From the NCBI GenBank assembly GCA_021771915.1, contig JAETNY010000011.1:3473-67472 (forward strand): a DNA stretch of 64,000 nucleotides, given 5' to 3'. Position 1 is the stretch's first letter; each line of letters begins with the position of its first letter. The notes beneath the pieces were generated by a model. That model was not told the DNA's origin. It did not search any database and saw only the letters and a list, made by a program, of their open reading frames with translations. The DNA is from Bacillota bacterium. Lineage in GTDB: Bacteria > Bacillota > Dehalobacteriia > UBA4068 > UBA4997. Positions 53,412-63,261 of this stretch are shown one piece after another. The position numbers and the translations under genes were made by a program.

Positions 53412-55769
53412 TTATGCTGCTAAACATTCTTCACAGCCGAGAGCCACCTCACCGCAAAGCCGCATAAATACAGGCTTTTTAACTCTTTGATTTATTTTAT
53501 CTTCTTTCCGCAAATTGAAAATGTTGTTCTTGGTATAGCTCATCATTTCCTCTGCAACGTCAGTATCACGGATAGAAGATTCAGCGTCCTGAATGTTCTC
53601 GCGCATTACAGACAGGTTGTTGCTGGTATGGTCCAGACGGTTGCTCAAAGCGCCCAATGTACCACGAACAGAGGATACACTGTTGATAGCGTCTTTGATT
53701 ACGTTAATCGCAGCCTTTGCGCCCTCGGCAGTGCCAATATTAATACCGTCAATGCCCAAAGAAGCAGTGTGCATATCCTTAACGGAAACAGCCAGCTGGT
53801 TGAAATCATCAGATGTATCGCCAATCTGTAATGTCAAGGCACGACCCTCATAGCTATTGCTGGAAAGCTCAACCTTAGCGCCAATACGCTGTTCCTCAAC
53901 ATCAGTACCACTAATATCCTTGGATGTCAGGGTCATCTTGTTCCCATCGATTGTAACATTATACTTGGTAGCAGAACCACCAAAGGCCAAGTTTTTATTA
54001 ATAGCATTCTTCAATTCTATCAGAACATCATTAGTATTATATTCCGGAACTGTGCCGCCATTAGCCAAACCGAGTTTGGAAAGGTTAACAACAATATTTT
54101 GCTTCCCACCGGTTGCATTATCACCGTCAGTAAATTCAAAGGTTACACCATCAATAGTGATAGTATCGCCCTCTTTAATTTTAGTAACGTCCAGTTCAAA
54201 TGATACGCTGGCGGCTGCTTCTTTACTTGTACCAAAGAACTGCTTCATAACGCCGGCCTCTGTGCGCATATCGCAAACTGTACCCGTAGTACCGCCACCA
54301 ATATAGGCTGGATGATTTGCCGCAGAATTTGTATCACCATCATATGTGGAAAGAGATTGGAAAGTCAAAGTACCTTTACCGCCACTTACGCCGCCGTTAC
54401 CAACAGACCAGGTATTATTTTTATTGGTTTCATTAGTAGCGTTTTGATTTACAACGGAACCCATTTCGCCAACAATTTTAACCATAGCCGCAGCTTGTTT
54501 ATCTGCATCTAATAAATCAGCTTCGGTCTTGAAAATGTCTGTTAAATCAATAGTCTTCTTGCCACTGGTGCCATCATTAGCTGCCGTATTCAAACTGTCC
54601 AGTTTGAAATCATATTTCATATCGCCAACGTTCAGCGTATCGCCGTCTTTCAGCTTACTGAAATCAAGGTCAACGCTAACCTGCGCCTGATGTGTAGCGC
54701 CAATACCAATACCCGTCTTCGTATTTTGAACTTTCCAGTTCAAAGTACCGGTATCATCAGTGTTCTTAGCTTTCATTTCCACATCAAAATCCGGGTGAAT
54801 TGTGGTTCCTGCATCCTTACCCATCCAGTCAACCTGAGTAAAGGTTACAGTATTTCCAGCAGCAGACATTGCATAATAATGACCATCAATTTTTACATAA
54901 TTACTAGCAGGACTACCAGAGCCAGCCGCTAATCCGGCTTCCCAGTCAGCAGCCGTGCCTGCATCTGTTGTCATATCGGCTTTATTATCGGACTGATGCT
55001 TAATTGCATTAGCAGTTGTCTGCTTCATACCTGACTTAGCCAACTGCGCAGCAATATCACTTGCCGTCATAGCCTTGCCGGCAGAAGCAGCTTTAACCTC
55101 AAGCGTGGCGTCGCCGATTTTTACTTCCAAAGTTGCAGTAGTAGCCGCAGATTTTGGCTGAACAGCGGTTTTATCATCAAAAGTAATTTTGAACTGAGCA
55201 TTTTGCTGTTTAGTTGCAGCTTCCGGGCGATTGGTTATATAAGTAGCTTCAAAAGCATCGCTCGGGCGGTCTTCAGCCATATAATCAGTTGTGATAACAT
55301 TCTGGATTGCACTGCCCGCACTGATGTTAGCGGTACTTTCAGCGTCCAGAGAGCCGTCCAACAGCTTAATGCCGTTGAAGTTGGCGCTGTCAGCGATACG
55401 GTTAATTTCATCGCGCAGCTGGTCAACTTCAGCCTGCAAATTCTTGCGGTCAACCTCGTTGTCGAAAGTGCCGTTGGCAGATTCAGTTGCCAGATAAACC
55501 ATACGGTTCATCATGTCCTGAATTTCCTGCATAGCGCCCTCGGCAGTGTTTACCAGAGAGATGCCGTCCTTAACGTTCTTCTGGGCAGCTTCCAAACCGG
55601 TAATCTGAGCGCGCATTTTTTCGGAGATAGCCAGACCGGCAGCGTCATCGCCAGCGCGGTTAATCTTGTAACCAGATGACAATTTCTCCAGGTTTTTGCT
55701 CAAAGCAGAAGTGTTCTTGTTGTAGTTACGATAGGCGTTCATCGCCATAATGTTGTGTTGAATACGCAT
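53412..55769 (-). CDS. fliC: Flagellin with large variable domain; native C-terminus replaced by 35 ICE-encoded residues
   Basis: MRIQHN, LSSGYKINRAGDDAAGLAISE; ESSIRDTDVAEEMMSYTKNNI then unrelated sequence. Confidence 0.95.
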   Translation of the reverse strand: MRIQHNIMAMNAYRNYNKNTSALSKNLEKLSSGYKINRAGDDAAGLAISEKMRAQITGLEAAQKNVKDGISLVNTAEGAMQEIQDMMNRMVYLATESANGTFDNEVDRKNLQAEVDQLRDEINRIADSANFNGIKLLDGSLDAESTANISAGSAIQNVITTDYMAEDRPSDAFEATYITNRPEAATKQQNAQFKITFDDKTAVQPKSAATTATLEVKIGDATLEVKAASAGKAMTASDIAAQLAKSGMKQTTANAIKHQSDNKADMTTDAGTAADWEAGLAAGSGSPASNYVKIDGHYYAMSAAGNTVTFTQVDWMGKDAGTTIHPDFDVEMKAKNTDDTGTLNWKVQNTKTGIGIGATHQAQVSVDLDFSKLKDGDTLNVGDMKYDFKLDSLNTAANDGTSGKKTIDLTDIFKTEADLLDADKQAAAMVKIVGEMGSVVNQNATNETNKNNTWSVGNGGVSGGKGTLTFQSLSTYDGDTNSAANHPAYIGGGTTGTVCDMRTEAGVMKQFFGTSKEAAASVSFELDVTKIKEGDTITIDGVTFEFTDGDNATGGKQNIVVNLSKLGLANGGTVPEYNTNDVLIELKNAINKNLAFGGSATKYNVTIDGNKMTLTSKDISGTDVEEQRIGAKVELSSNSYEGRALTLQIGDTSDDFNQLAVSVKDMHTASLGIDGINIGTAEGAKAAINVIKDAINSVSSVRGTLGALSNRLDHTSNNLSVMRENIQDAESSIRDTDVAEEMMSYTKNNIFNLRKEDKINQRVKKPVFMRLCGEVALGCEECLAA

Positions 55770-55795
55770 AAAAAAATTTCCTCCTTAAAATACTT

Positions 55796-55816
55796 CAGGG
55801 ACATCCGTTTCCCCTG
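55796..55816 (-). promoter_or_regulatory. CsrA-type binding hairpin before flagellin RBS
   Basis: caggg-gaaACGGAtgt-ccctg with a second AGGA in the SD, as for Bacillus hag. Confidence 0.7.
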
Positions 55817-56059
55817 CTTATAAAATTTTTGCAAACAAGCATCATGCTTGCGCATATGTTTCCGCCGAGCGAACCTGCATCATGCAGGCTTTATGCAATC
55901 GCCAGGCAAAAACTTCAAAGGCACCCGGGCGTCCAAGCCCTGACACTCTGAATCCCCACGCCGGCTTGCGCGCCGAGCCAGCGTTTGAGTTAAGGCGCCG
56001 ACATAAAATTCGGCATCAACAGTCGGCCAAGTCTTATCGCTCAACTGCCCTCAATTATT

Positions 56060-56086
56060 ATATCGGCAACTTCTTAAAAAAAGTAA
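56060..56086 (-). promoter_or_regulatory. Sigma-28 (SigD/FliA) promoter
   Basis: TTAC-N15-GCCGATAT on the minus strand. Confidence 0.78.
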
Positions 56087-56144
56087 GCGCCAATCAGGAA
56101 TTTTTTGAAAAAATTTTTTTAAGAAAAAATCTTGCAGATAACCC

Positions 56145-56173
56145 TTGCTATTTTCCGGCAAAACAGCTAAAAT
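56145..56173 (+). promoter_or_regulatory. SigA promoter of pyrG-guaA
   Basis: TTGCTA-17nt-TAAAAT. Confidence 0.55.
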
Positions 56174-56258
56174 TAAATAGAGTATGTTCTTTTATGGGTG
56201 GTTATGCCGAAAAAAAAACCGCCTGAACTAAAAAATTCCCTTTTGGAGGTAAACAAAT

Positions 56259-57866
56259 ATGCCGACAAAGTTCGTGTTTGTAACCGGCGGCGTGGTTTCC
56301 GGCCTTGGCAAAGGAATAACCGCGGCTTCGCTGGGGCGCCTGTTAAAAGCCAGAGGCGTCAAAGTCACCATGCAAAAGCTGGACCCTTACCTGAATATTG
56401 ACCCCGGCACCATGAGCCCATACCAGCATGGTGAAGTTTTTGTCACCGATGACGGAGCCGAAACCGATTTGGATTTAGGCCATTATGAACGCTTTATTGA
56501 TGAAAGCCTGAATAAATACTCCAACGTGACCTCTGGACGCGTTTTTGACAGCGTCTTAAAGGAGGAACGCAGCGGCAGCTATGAGGGCGGCACGGTGCAG
56601 ATGATTCCGCACATCACCAACAAAATAAAGGAAAATATCCGCCTGAATGTGGAAACCGCCAATGCTGATGTCGCGATAATTGAAGTCGGCGGTACCGTTG
56701 GTGATATTGAGTCCCTGCCCTTTGTTGAGGCTATCCGTCAGTTCGGAAGCGACGTTGGTCGGGAAAACTGCGTATATGTACATGTGGCGCTGGTGCCATA
56801 TCTGGCTAAATCCTGCGAGATAAAAACCAAACCTACCCAGCACAGTATTCGCGAGTTGTTAAGTCAGGGAATACAGGCCGATATCATCGTCTGTCGCACA
56901 GAGGTTGAACTTCCCTACTCCGCCAAACGCAAAATTTCCCAACTTTGCAATGTGCCGGTAGAAATGGTCATCGAAAACCGCGATTTGGACAGCCTATATG
57001 CCATTCCGCTGGCGCTGGAACAGGAAAATTTGTGCCGTATTGTAGCCGAAAAGCTACGTTTGAATTGCCAGCCAGAACCGGATTTGGCCGATTGGCAGCA
57101 CATGGTTGAAACAAGCCGCAACCTGCAACACACGGCACGCATTGCACTGGTTGGCAAATATGTCGCCCTGCACGACGCCTACTTAAGCGTAGTAGAAGCG
57201 CTGAAACACGGCGGTTTTGCCAACAATGCCGATATTGACATTAAATGGGTGCAATCTGAAGATATCACCCCAGAAACTGTGGAACAGCTTTTGGGCGATG
57301 TTGACGGCATTTTAGTGCCAGGCGGTTTTGGCGAGCGCGGCGTGGAGGGCAAAATTCTGGCCGCCAAATATGCGCGTGAAACCGGCAAACCTTATTTTGG
57401 TATCTGTCTTGGCATGCAGATTGCCATGATTGAATTTGCGCGTCATGTTTTGGGCTGGCCAAATGCCAACTCCACCGAGTTTGATGAAAATACTCCCTAC
57501 CCAGTTATTGATTTTCTGCCCGGCCAACGTGAGGAACAAAATCTGGGCGGAACATTGCGTCTGGGTCTATACCCCTGTGCTTTACAGCCAGGCAGTAAAG
57601 CGCAGGCAATTTATGGTCAGGAGCAAATTAATGAACGCCACCGTCATCGTTATGAAGTAAATAACGCTTATCTGGACGATTATCAGACACATGGTCTGGT
57701 GCTGTGTGGACAGGCTCCGGATAAAAGTGTGGTGGAAATGCTGGAACTGCCCCAGGATATACACCCCTGGTACATCGGTTGCCAATTCCACCCGGAATTT
57801 CGCAGCCGACCCAACAAACCGCATCCCCTCTTTGCTTCATTCATTGCAGCCAGCCTGCATAAATAA
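56259..57866 (+). CDS. pyrG: CTP synthase
   Basis: [34 protein letters not shown]. Confidence 0.99.
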   Translation: MPTKFVFVTGGVVSGLGKGITAASLGRLLKARGVKVTMQKLDPYLNIDPGTMSPYQHGEVFVTDDGAETDLDLGHYERFIDESLNKYSNVTSGRVFDSVLKEERSGSYEGGTVQMIPHITNKIKENIRLNVETANADVAIIEVGGTVGDIESLPFVEAIRQFGSDVGRENCVYVHVALVPYLAKSCEIKTKPTQHSIRELLSQGIQADIIVCRTEVELPYSAKRKISQLCNVPVEMVIENRDLDSLYAIPLALEQENLCRIVAEKLRLNCQPEPDLADWQHMVETSRNLQHTARIALVGKYVALHDAYLSVVEALKHGGFANNADIDIKWVQSEDITPETVEQLLGDVDGILVPGGFGERGVEGKILAAKYARETGKPYFGICLGMQIAMIEFARHVLGWPNANSTEFDENTPYPVIDFLPGQREEQNLGGTLRLGLYPCALQPGSKAQAIYGQEQINERHRHRYEVNNAYLDDYQTHGLVLCGQAPDKSVVEMLELPQDIHPWYIGCQFHPEFRSRPNKPHPLFASFIAASLHK

Positions 57867-57894
57867 CATATAATTAAGGAAGGAATTTTTTACC

Positions 57895-59436
57895 ATGACA
57901 CATCAGTTTGTGCTAATTTTAGATTTTGGTGGTCAGTATAATCAGCTTATCGCGCGCCGCGTCCGCGAACATAATGTTTATTGTGAGGTTAAATCTTATA
58001 AAACGCCTATTGAGGAAATTAAAGCGCTCAAACCAATCGGCATTATCTTCACTGGCGGCCCAAACAGTGTTTATGACCCTGCCTCTCCCCAATGTGACCC
58101 GGAAATTTTTCAGCTTGGCGTACCAGTGTTAGGCATTTGCTATGGCTGCCAACTTATGGCGTTAACATTAGGCGGCAAGGTTATCGCCGCACAGGAAGAT
58201 ACAGCTCGCGAGTTTGGCAAAGCCACCACATATTATGATACAACCTGCCCCCTGTTCAAGGGATTGCCTGCTGAGGGAATATCCTGGATGAGCCACAACG
58301 ATTATATGGCCGAGGTTCCGGCCGGCTTTACCTTGCCCGCGCATACTGCCATGTGTTCTAATGCCGCCATTGCTGATGTGCAACGCGGCTTTTATGGCGT
58401 ACAATTCCACCCGGAAGTAAATCACACCAAAAACGGTTCCGCCATGCTACGCAACTTCCTGTATGAAATCTGCCATGCACATGGTGATTGGACAATGGAA
58501 GATTTTAAAAACTCATCTATTCAATCCATTCGCGATAAAGTTGGCAATGGTCAGGTTTTGCTGGCGCTTTCCGGCGGCGTAGACAGTTCCGTGGCCGCCG
58601 CCCTGCTGGCCGAAGCCGTAGGCAAACAGCTAACCTGCGTTTTCGTTGACCATGGTCTGATGCGCAAAGACGAGGGCGATGAGGTTGAAGCCGCCTTTGC
58701 GCGCTGGGATATTAACTTTGTCCGCGTTGATGCGTCCGCTCGCTTTTTACAGCGCCTGGCCGGTGTAAGCGACCCGGAAACTAAACGCAAAATCATCGGC
58801 GAGGAATTTATCCGGGTTTTTGAAGCCGAGGGCAAAAAAATCGGTCAGGTAGATTATCTGGTACAGGGTACAATTTATCCCGATGTAATTGAGTCCGGTT
58901 TGGGCGACGCCGCTGTTATCAAGAGTCATCACAACGTAGGCGGCCTGCCGGATTATGTTGATTTCAAAGAAATTATTGAACCGCTTCGTCAGTTATTCAA
59001 AGACGAGGTTCGCCAGCTTGGCCGCGAGTTAGCCCTGCCCGATTATCTGGTAAAACGCCAGCCATTCCCCGGCCCAGGTCTGGCTATCCGCATTATTGGC
59101 GATATTACTGAAGAAAAGTTGGCCATTTTACGCGATGCTGACTTCATTTTCCGTGATGAAATTGCAAAAGCCCAGCTTGAGGACAGCATGAACCAGTATT
59201 TTGCTGTTCTGACCAATATGCGTTCCGTTGGCGTACAGGGCGATGGCCGCACCTATGATTACACTCTTGCCCTGCGTTCCGTCACCACCACCGACTTCAT
59301 GACCGCCGATTGGGCGCGTATCCCCTATGAAGTGCTGGATAAAGTTTCCGTCCGCATTGTCAACGAAGTTGAACATGTCAACCGTATCGTTTACGATATT
59401 ACCTCCAAGCCCCCGGCCACGATTGAGTGGGAATGA
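57895..59436 (+). CDS. guaA: GMP synthase
   Basis: [34 protein letters not shown]. Confidence 0.99.
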   Translation: MTHQFVLILDFGGQYNQLIARRVREHNVYCEVKSYKTPIEEIKALKPIGIIFTGGPNSVYDPASPQCDPEIFQLGVPVLGICYGCQLMALTLGGKVIAAQEDTAREFGKATTYYDTTCPLFKGLPAEGISWMSHNDYMAEVPAGFTLPAHTAMCSNAAIADVQRGFYGVQFHPEVNHTKNGSAMLRNFLYEICHAHGDWTMEDFKNSSIQSIRDKVGNGQVLLALSGGVDSSVAAALLAEAVGKQLTCVFVDHGLMRKDEGDEVEAAFARWDINFVRVDASARFLQRLAGVSDPETKRKIIGEEFIRVFEAEGKKIGQVDYLVQGTIYPDVIESGLGDAAVIKSHHNVGGLPDYVDFKEIIEPLRQLFKDEVRQLGRELALPDYLVKRQPFPGPGLAIRIIGDITEEKLAILRDADFIFRDEIAKAQLEDSMNQYFAVLTNMRSVGVQGDGRTYDYTLALRSVTTTDFMTADWARIPYEVLDKVSVRIVNEVEHVNRIVYDITSKPPATIEWE

Positions 59437-59602
59437 GGAAAAAGTGGATATGGGCAGCTTAAAAGGCGCATAAACACTGGGTTTCTGAATTTCCAAAAGG
59501 CTGATTGATAGCAAAATGATAGCAGCTGCTTAAACGGAATTGTTTTATTTTGTTCCGAGTAGCCGACGGCTTGCAGGTCAAGGCTAAATATCCAAATCTA
59601 AT

Positions 59603-59658
59603 AAAAGGCTCTGTCAACTTTCTGTATCAAAAGGTACAGTTGGTTGGCAGAGCCTTTT
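59603..59658. terminator. Bidirectional terminator-like long hairpin
   Basis: aaaaggctctgtcaac...gttggcagagcctttt between convergent guaA and repressor. Confidence 0.7.
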
Positions 59659-59674
59659 TGTATTATCTATAACT

Positions 59675-60208
59675 CTATTTATCGGATTTATCTTTCCAAT
59701 CGGCAAACAACATATCGCTTAATGTTGCAGAGGGAACTTTAGCCCACTGTCTGCTGGTATCATTTTCCGGATAGTGATAACGCCAATGATTATATTCTTC
59801 TTTAGATATATCTCCTGCTTTCAATTTAGCAAACTGTTCTTGCCATTTGCAAAGCATTTCGTGAAGTTCGGCAGCCTCTTTACCATTCCGCACATCAACA
59901 CGCAGACAGATTTCACCGTCCAATTCGGCAATCTGCAAACCGTATCTATCTTCCAAAGTAAAAAAAGTGTGCATCAGTCCCACTTGCGAATCAATATCCG
60001 GCACAGCCAAGGCTTGCGGCGAAACATCAAGAGCCTGCGCCAAAGCAATGGTTAAATCCGCCTTGGGCGAGCGAGTTCCGGTTTCATACTGCGCAAGACG
60101 CACATCAGCTGATTTTTCTGGAAAGCCCAAAAGCTGACCGAGATATTTTTGCGTCATTCCTCGCAGAGTACGAAAAAAATGTATCCTTTCACCAATAGCC
60201 ATAAACAC
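59675..60208 (-). CDS. XRE-family repressor
   Basis: IGERIHFFRTLRGMTQKYLG..RLAQYETGTRSP. Confidence 0.9.
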   Translation of the reverse strand: MFMAIGERIHFFRTLRGMTQKYLGQLLGFPEKSADVRLAQYETGTRSPKADLTIALAQALDVSPQALAVPDIDSQVGLMHTFFTLEDRYGLQIAELDGEICLRVDVRNGKEAAELHEMLCKWQEQFAKLKAGDISKEEYNHWRYHYPENDTSRQWAKVPSATLSDMLFADWKDKSDK

Positions 60209-60238
60209 TTACTCCATTCGTTAAATAATGATATAAGA

Positions 60239-60339
60239 AGTATAACAGAAAAGCTTAGGATAGTCAATACAAACTAAACAAAAAAAGTTAGTAAAAGCCT
60301 CGAAAAACACTTGACATAAACTTAAATGCTTAGTATAAT
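60239..60339. promoter_or_regulatory. Divergent SigA promoters (repressor and xis-int)
   Basis: Plus TTGACA-17-TATAAT at 60311-60339; minus TTGACT-17-TATACT at 60267-60239. Confidence 0.82.
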
Positions 60340-60400
60340 AAATATATGCTAAACAAATAAGTTTAATATAATATAAAAATTAAACAGAAAGGAGAATATT

Positions 60401-60610
60401 ATGACCGCTACAAGCAAACAAATTTTTATGCGTGTTGATGAGGTGGCAGAAGAGCTGGGAGTTTCCAAACCCTATGCCTATAAACTCATCAAAAAACTGA
60501 ATGAAGAATTAGCCAAAACCGGCTGCATAACCATTTCCGGCCGCATTGACCGCAAGTTCTTTCACGAAAAATTCTATGGCACCAAAAACGAAATGCAAGG
60601 AGAAAACTAA
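60401..60610 (+). CDS. Excisionase-like HTH protein
   Basis: FMRVDEVAEELGVSKPYAYKLIKKLN; abuts the integrase. Confidence 0.85.
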   Translation: MTATSKQIFMRVDEVAEELGVSKPYAYKLIKKLNEELAKTGCITISGRIDRKFFHEKFYGTKNEMQGEN

Positions 60611-61684
60611 ATGGCCGCTTTCAAAGATAAACATAATGGCACTTGGTATGTGCAGTTCCGTTACACGGATTGGCGAGGCGAGCGCAAACAAAAACTCAAG
60701 CGAGGTTTCGCCAGCAAACGGGATGCACAGGCTTGGGAACGGGAATTTCTGATGCAGAAGCAGGCTGATGTTAATATGACCTTTGCCAGCTTCGTCCAAC
60801 TTTATGAAAAAGACATCAAACCAAAATTAAAACTGAACACCTGGCTGTCCAAGGAGAATATTATTAAGAATAAAATTCTACCCTATTTTGCCAAGCGCAA
60901 GCTGGCTGAAATAACAACCCGTGATATAATCAATTGGCAGAATGAAATCCGTTCCCTCACCGATTGCCGTGGCAAACCTTATTCGCCCGACTATCTAAAA
61001 AATGTGCATACTCAGTTAAGCTGCATATTCAATCACGCCATTAAATACTATGGTTTGCAAATCAACCCAGCCTCCAAGGTGGGCAATATGGGCAGCGAAC
61101 AACCCAAGGAAATGGAATTTTGGACAAAAGCCGAATATCTGCAATTTCTGGAAGCAATGTTGGACAAGCCGCTATCCTATTATGCTTTTGAAATGCTTTA
61201 CTGGTGCGGTATTCGAGAGGGCGAACTGCTGGCGCTAACCCCAGACGATTTTGATTTCACCAACAACACAGTCAGAATAAACAAATCCTATCAGCGAATT
61301 AACAAGCAAGATATTATTACCTCGCCTAAAACCAAGAAAAGCAACCGAATTGTGCAAATGCCGGATTTTCTCAGCGAGGAAATACAGGATTACCTAAACC
61401 AACTCTACGGAGCAGAACCAAATAGCCGCATTTTTCCGATAACCAAGCATTATCTCAAACACGAAATGCAGCGAGGCTGCAAGGAAACCGGCGTTAAACC
61501 AATTCGGATACACGACCTACGACACAGCCATATTTCACTTTTGATTGATATGGGCTTTACGGCTTTGGCAATCGCCGATAGGGTTGGCCACGAAAGTATC
61601 GACATCACCTATCGTTATGCTCACCTGTTTCCCACCAGACAGCAGGAAATGGCTCAAAAATTAAATATGGAAAGGAAGAATTAA
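60611..61684 (+). CDS. int: Tyrosine integrase
   Basis: GIREGE, PKT, HDLRHSH, VGH, YAH. Confidence 0.96.
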   Translation: MAAFKDKHNGTWYVQFRYTDWRGERKQKLKRGFASKRDAQAWEREFLMQKQADVNMTFASFVQLYEKDIKPKLKLNTWLSKENIIKNKILPYFAKRKLAEITTRDIINWQNEIRSLTDCRGKPYSPDYLKNVHTQLSCIFNHAIKYYGLQINPASKVGNMGSEQPKEMEFWTKAEYLQFLEAMLDKPLSYYAFEMLYWCGIREGELLALTPDDFDFTNNTVRINKSYQRINKQDIITSPKTKKSNRIVQMPDFLSEEIQDYLNQLYGAEPNSRIFPITKHYLKHEMQRGCKETGVKPIRIHDLRHSHISLLIDMGFTALAIADRVGHESIDITYRYAHLFPTRQQEMAQKLNMERKN

Positions 61685-61685
61685 A

Positions 61686-62003
61686 ATGTCCAATAAAAAT
61701 CTTGATAATCACAATCGCTGGCGCAATAAAACAGTGGCTTTTAGAGTATCGCCAGAAGAAAATGCGCAAATTAATGTTGCCGTGCAGCTATCCGGCCTAA
61801 CCAAACAGGATTACATAATCCAGAGGTTGCTGGAAAGGAATGTGATAGTGCAAGGCAATCCCAGAGTATACAAGGCGTTGCGTAACCAGTTGGCTGCGGT
61901 TCTGGAAGAATTAAAACGCATTGCTATAGGCCAAAATATTAACGCTGAACTTCTGGAGAACATCAAGTTAATTGCCAACATTATGGACGGAATGAAAGAA
62001 TGA
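61686..62003 (+). CDS. RHH mobilization accessory protein
   Basis: TVAFRVSPEE...SGLTKQDYI. Confidence 0.72.
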   Translation: MSNKNLDNHNRWRNKTVAFRVSPEENAQINVAVQLSGLTKQDYIIQRLLERNVIVQGNPRVYKALRNQLAAVLEELKRIAIGQNINAELLENIKLIANIMDGMKE

Positions 62004-62029
62004 CTGAATGAATAAAACAAAGGAGGATT

Positions 62030-63028
62030 TTGCCTATGGTAAATAACAACACCAACCTGACCACCATTACAATGCAGGAACTTTACGAGCAAATATACCG
62101 GAGCAGACCGCCGGTGATTGACGGCCTGCTCTACCCCGGCACCTACATATTTGCCGGCGCACCCAAAGTTGGTAAAAGTTTCTTTATGGCACAGTTGGCC
62201 TATCACATCAGCACTGGACAAAAATTATGGGAGTATGAAGTGCAGCAGGGAACGGTTTTATATCTGGCTTTAGAGGATAATTACCAGAGATTGCAGGAGC
62301 GAATGTTTAGAATGTTCGGTGTAGACAGTACAGAAAATTTGCATTTTGCCATTTGTGCCAGTCAACTGAATAACGGACTTGCTGAGCAGCTGGAGCAATT
62401 TATCAAGACGCACAACCATACCAAACTGATTATAATTGATACCCTGCAAAAAATTCGAGAGTTAGGTGGCGAGGCCTATAATTATGCGGAAGATTATCAA
62501 ATTATTGGCAGGCTCAAGCAATTTGCTGATGATAACAAACTGTGCCTGATAATCGTCCATCACACCAGAAAATCACCCGCCGGAGATAAATTTGAAATGA
62601 TTTCCGGCACCACCGGGCTACTGGGATGCGCAGACGGAGCCTTTATCCTACAAAAGGAAAAACGCACTGACAACACCGCCATTTTGAATATTGTTGGCCG
62701 TGACCAGCCAGACCAGAAAATCCATTTGGTACGCAATGAAGAAACATTGGCTTGGGATTTTTCATCAGCCGAAAAGGAATTATGGCAGGAACCACCAGAC
62801 AAATTGCTGGAAAGCATAGCCAAATTAATCACGCCTGATAAACCAAAATGGAGCGGCACGGCCACGGAACTTATCGCTGCATTAGGTCTGGATATAAAAC
62901 CCAACGCTTTAGCAATGCGTTTGAATGTGCGAGCCAGCAAATTAGCTAACGATTATAATATCAGTTACGTAAGTTCACGTTCACACGCTGGTCGAGCCAT
63001 CACTTTAACGCTGATTGAAACAGCCTGA
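62030..63028 (+). CDS. RepA-like AAA helicase
   Basis: GAPKVGKS, YLALED, IIIDT, VHHTRK. Confidence 0.88.
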   Translation: MPMVNNNTNLTTITMQELYEQIYRSRPPVIDGLLYPGTYIFAGAPKVGKSFFMAQLAYHISTGQKLWEYEVQQGTVLYLALEDNYQRLQERMFRMFGVDSTENLHFAICASQLNNGLAEQLEQFIKTHNHTKLIIIDTLQKIRELGGEAYNYAEDYQIIGRLKQFADDNKLCLIIVHHTRKSPAGDKFEMISGTTGLLGCADGAFILQKEKRTDNTAILNIVGRDQPDQKIHLVRNEETLAWDFSSAEKELWQEPPDKLLESIAKLITPDKPKWSGTATELIAALGLDIKPNALAMRLNVRASKLANDYNISYVSSRSHAGRAITLTLIETA

Positions 63029-63039
63029 TAAAAAAGAGG

Positions 63040-63104
63040 CGTGTCAACCGTGACGGCTGTGTCAACTTGAATAAGATAATGAAAACATCGTCACGGTTGA
63101 CACG
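63040..63104. repeat. 16-bp perfect inverted repeat, candidate replication origin
   Basis: cgtgtcaaccgtgacg (63040-63055) / cgtcacggttgacacg (63089-63104). Confidence 0.7.
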
Positions 63105-63160
63105 GCTGTCACCGCCAATCTTGCGGTCAGCACGGCCCTTAAAACCCTCGGAGAGCCCAC

Positions 63161-63204
63161 GACACTTTACGCTCCAAAGGAACGAAAGTGTCATAGTGGG
63201 TTAT
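63161..63204 (+). promoter_or_regulatory. MOBV (pMV158-type) oriT
   Basis: gacacttt/aaagtgtc inverted repeat followed by atagtgggttat, just upstream of mob. Confidence 0.75.
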
Positions 63205-63261
63205 TACACTTCCTCAGAAGTGCCAAAAGGTACCCAAATTAGTTTTTAAGAAAGGAGTTAT

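Larger units (their letters stand above)
1..53521 (-). mobile_element. Tn1549-like integrative conjugative element (serine-recombinase type), integrated in flagellin 3' end; other end outside the window
   Basis: Co-oriented recombinases, relaxase/MobC, VirD4/VirB4/VirB6/PrgI/NlpC-P60, topo III, helicase and ParB; flagellin similarity stops abruptly at 53520. Confidence 0.92.

Noticed and set aside
53412-55769. Element-encoded replacement flagellin (TldR-type flagellar remodelling)
   Set aside because: Gene has host sigma-28/CsrA signals next to pyrG and is interrupted by, not carried on, the ICE; no TnpB/TldR in the window
55882-56226. 114-aa plus ORF between fliC and pyrG, or a c-di-GMP riboswitch there
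   Set aside because: ORF spans both promoters; no riboswitch consensus recognised by eye
63067-63249. 60-aa plus ORF before mob
   Set aside because: Overlaps the ori inverted repeat and oriT
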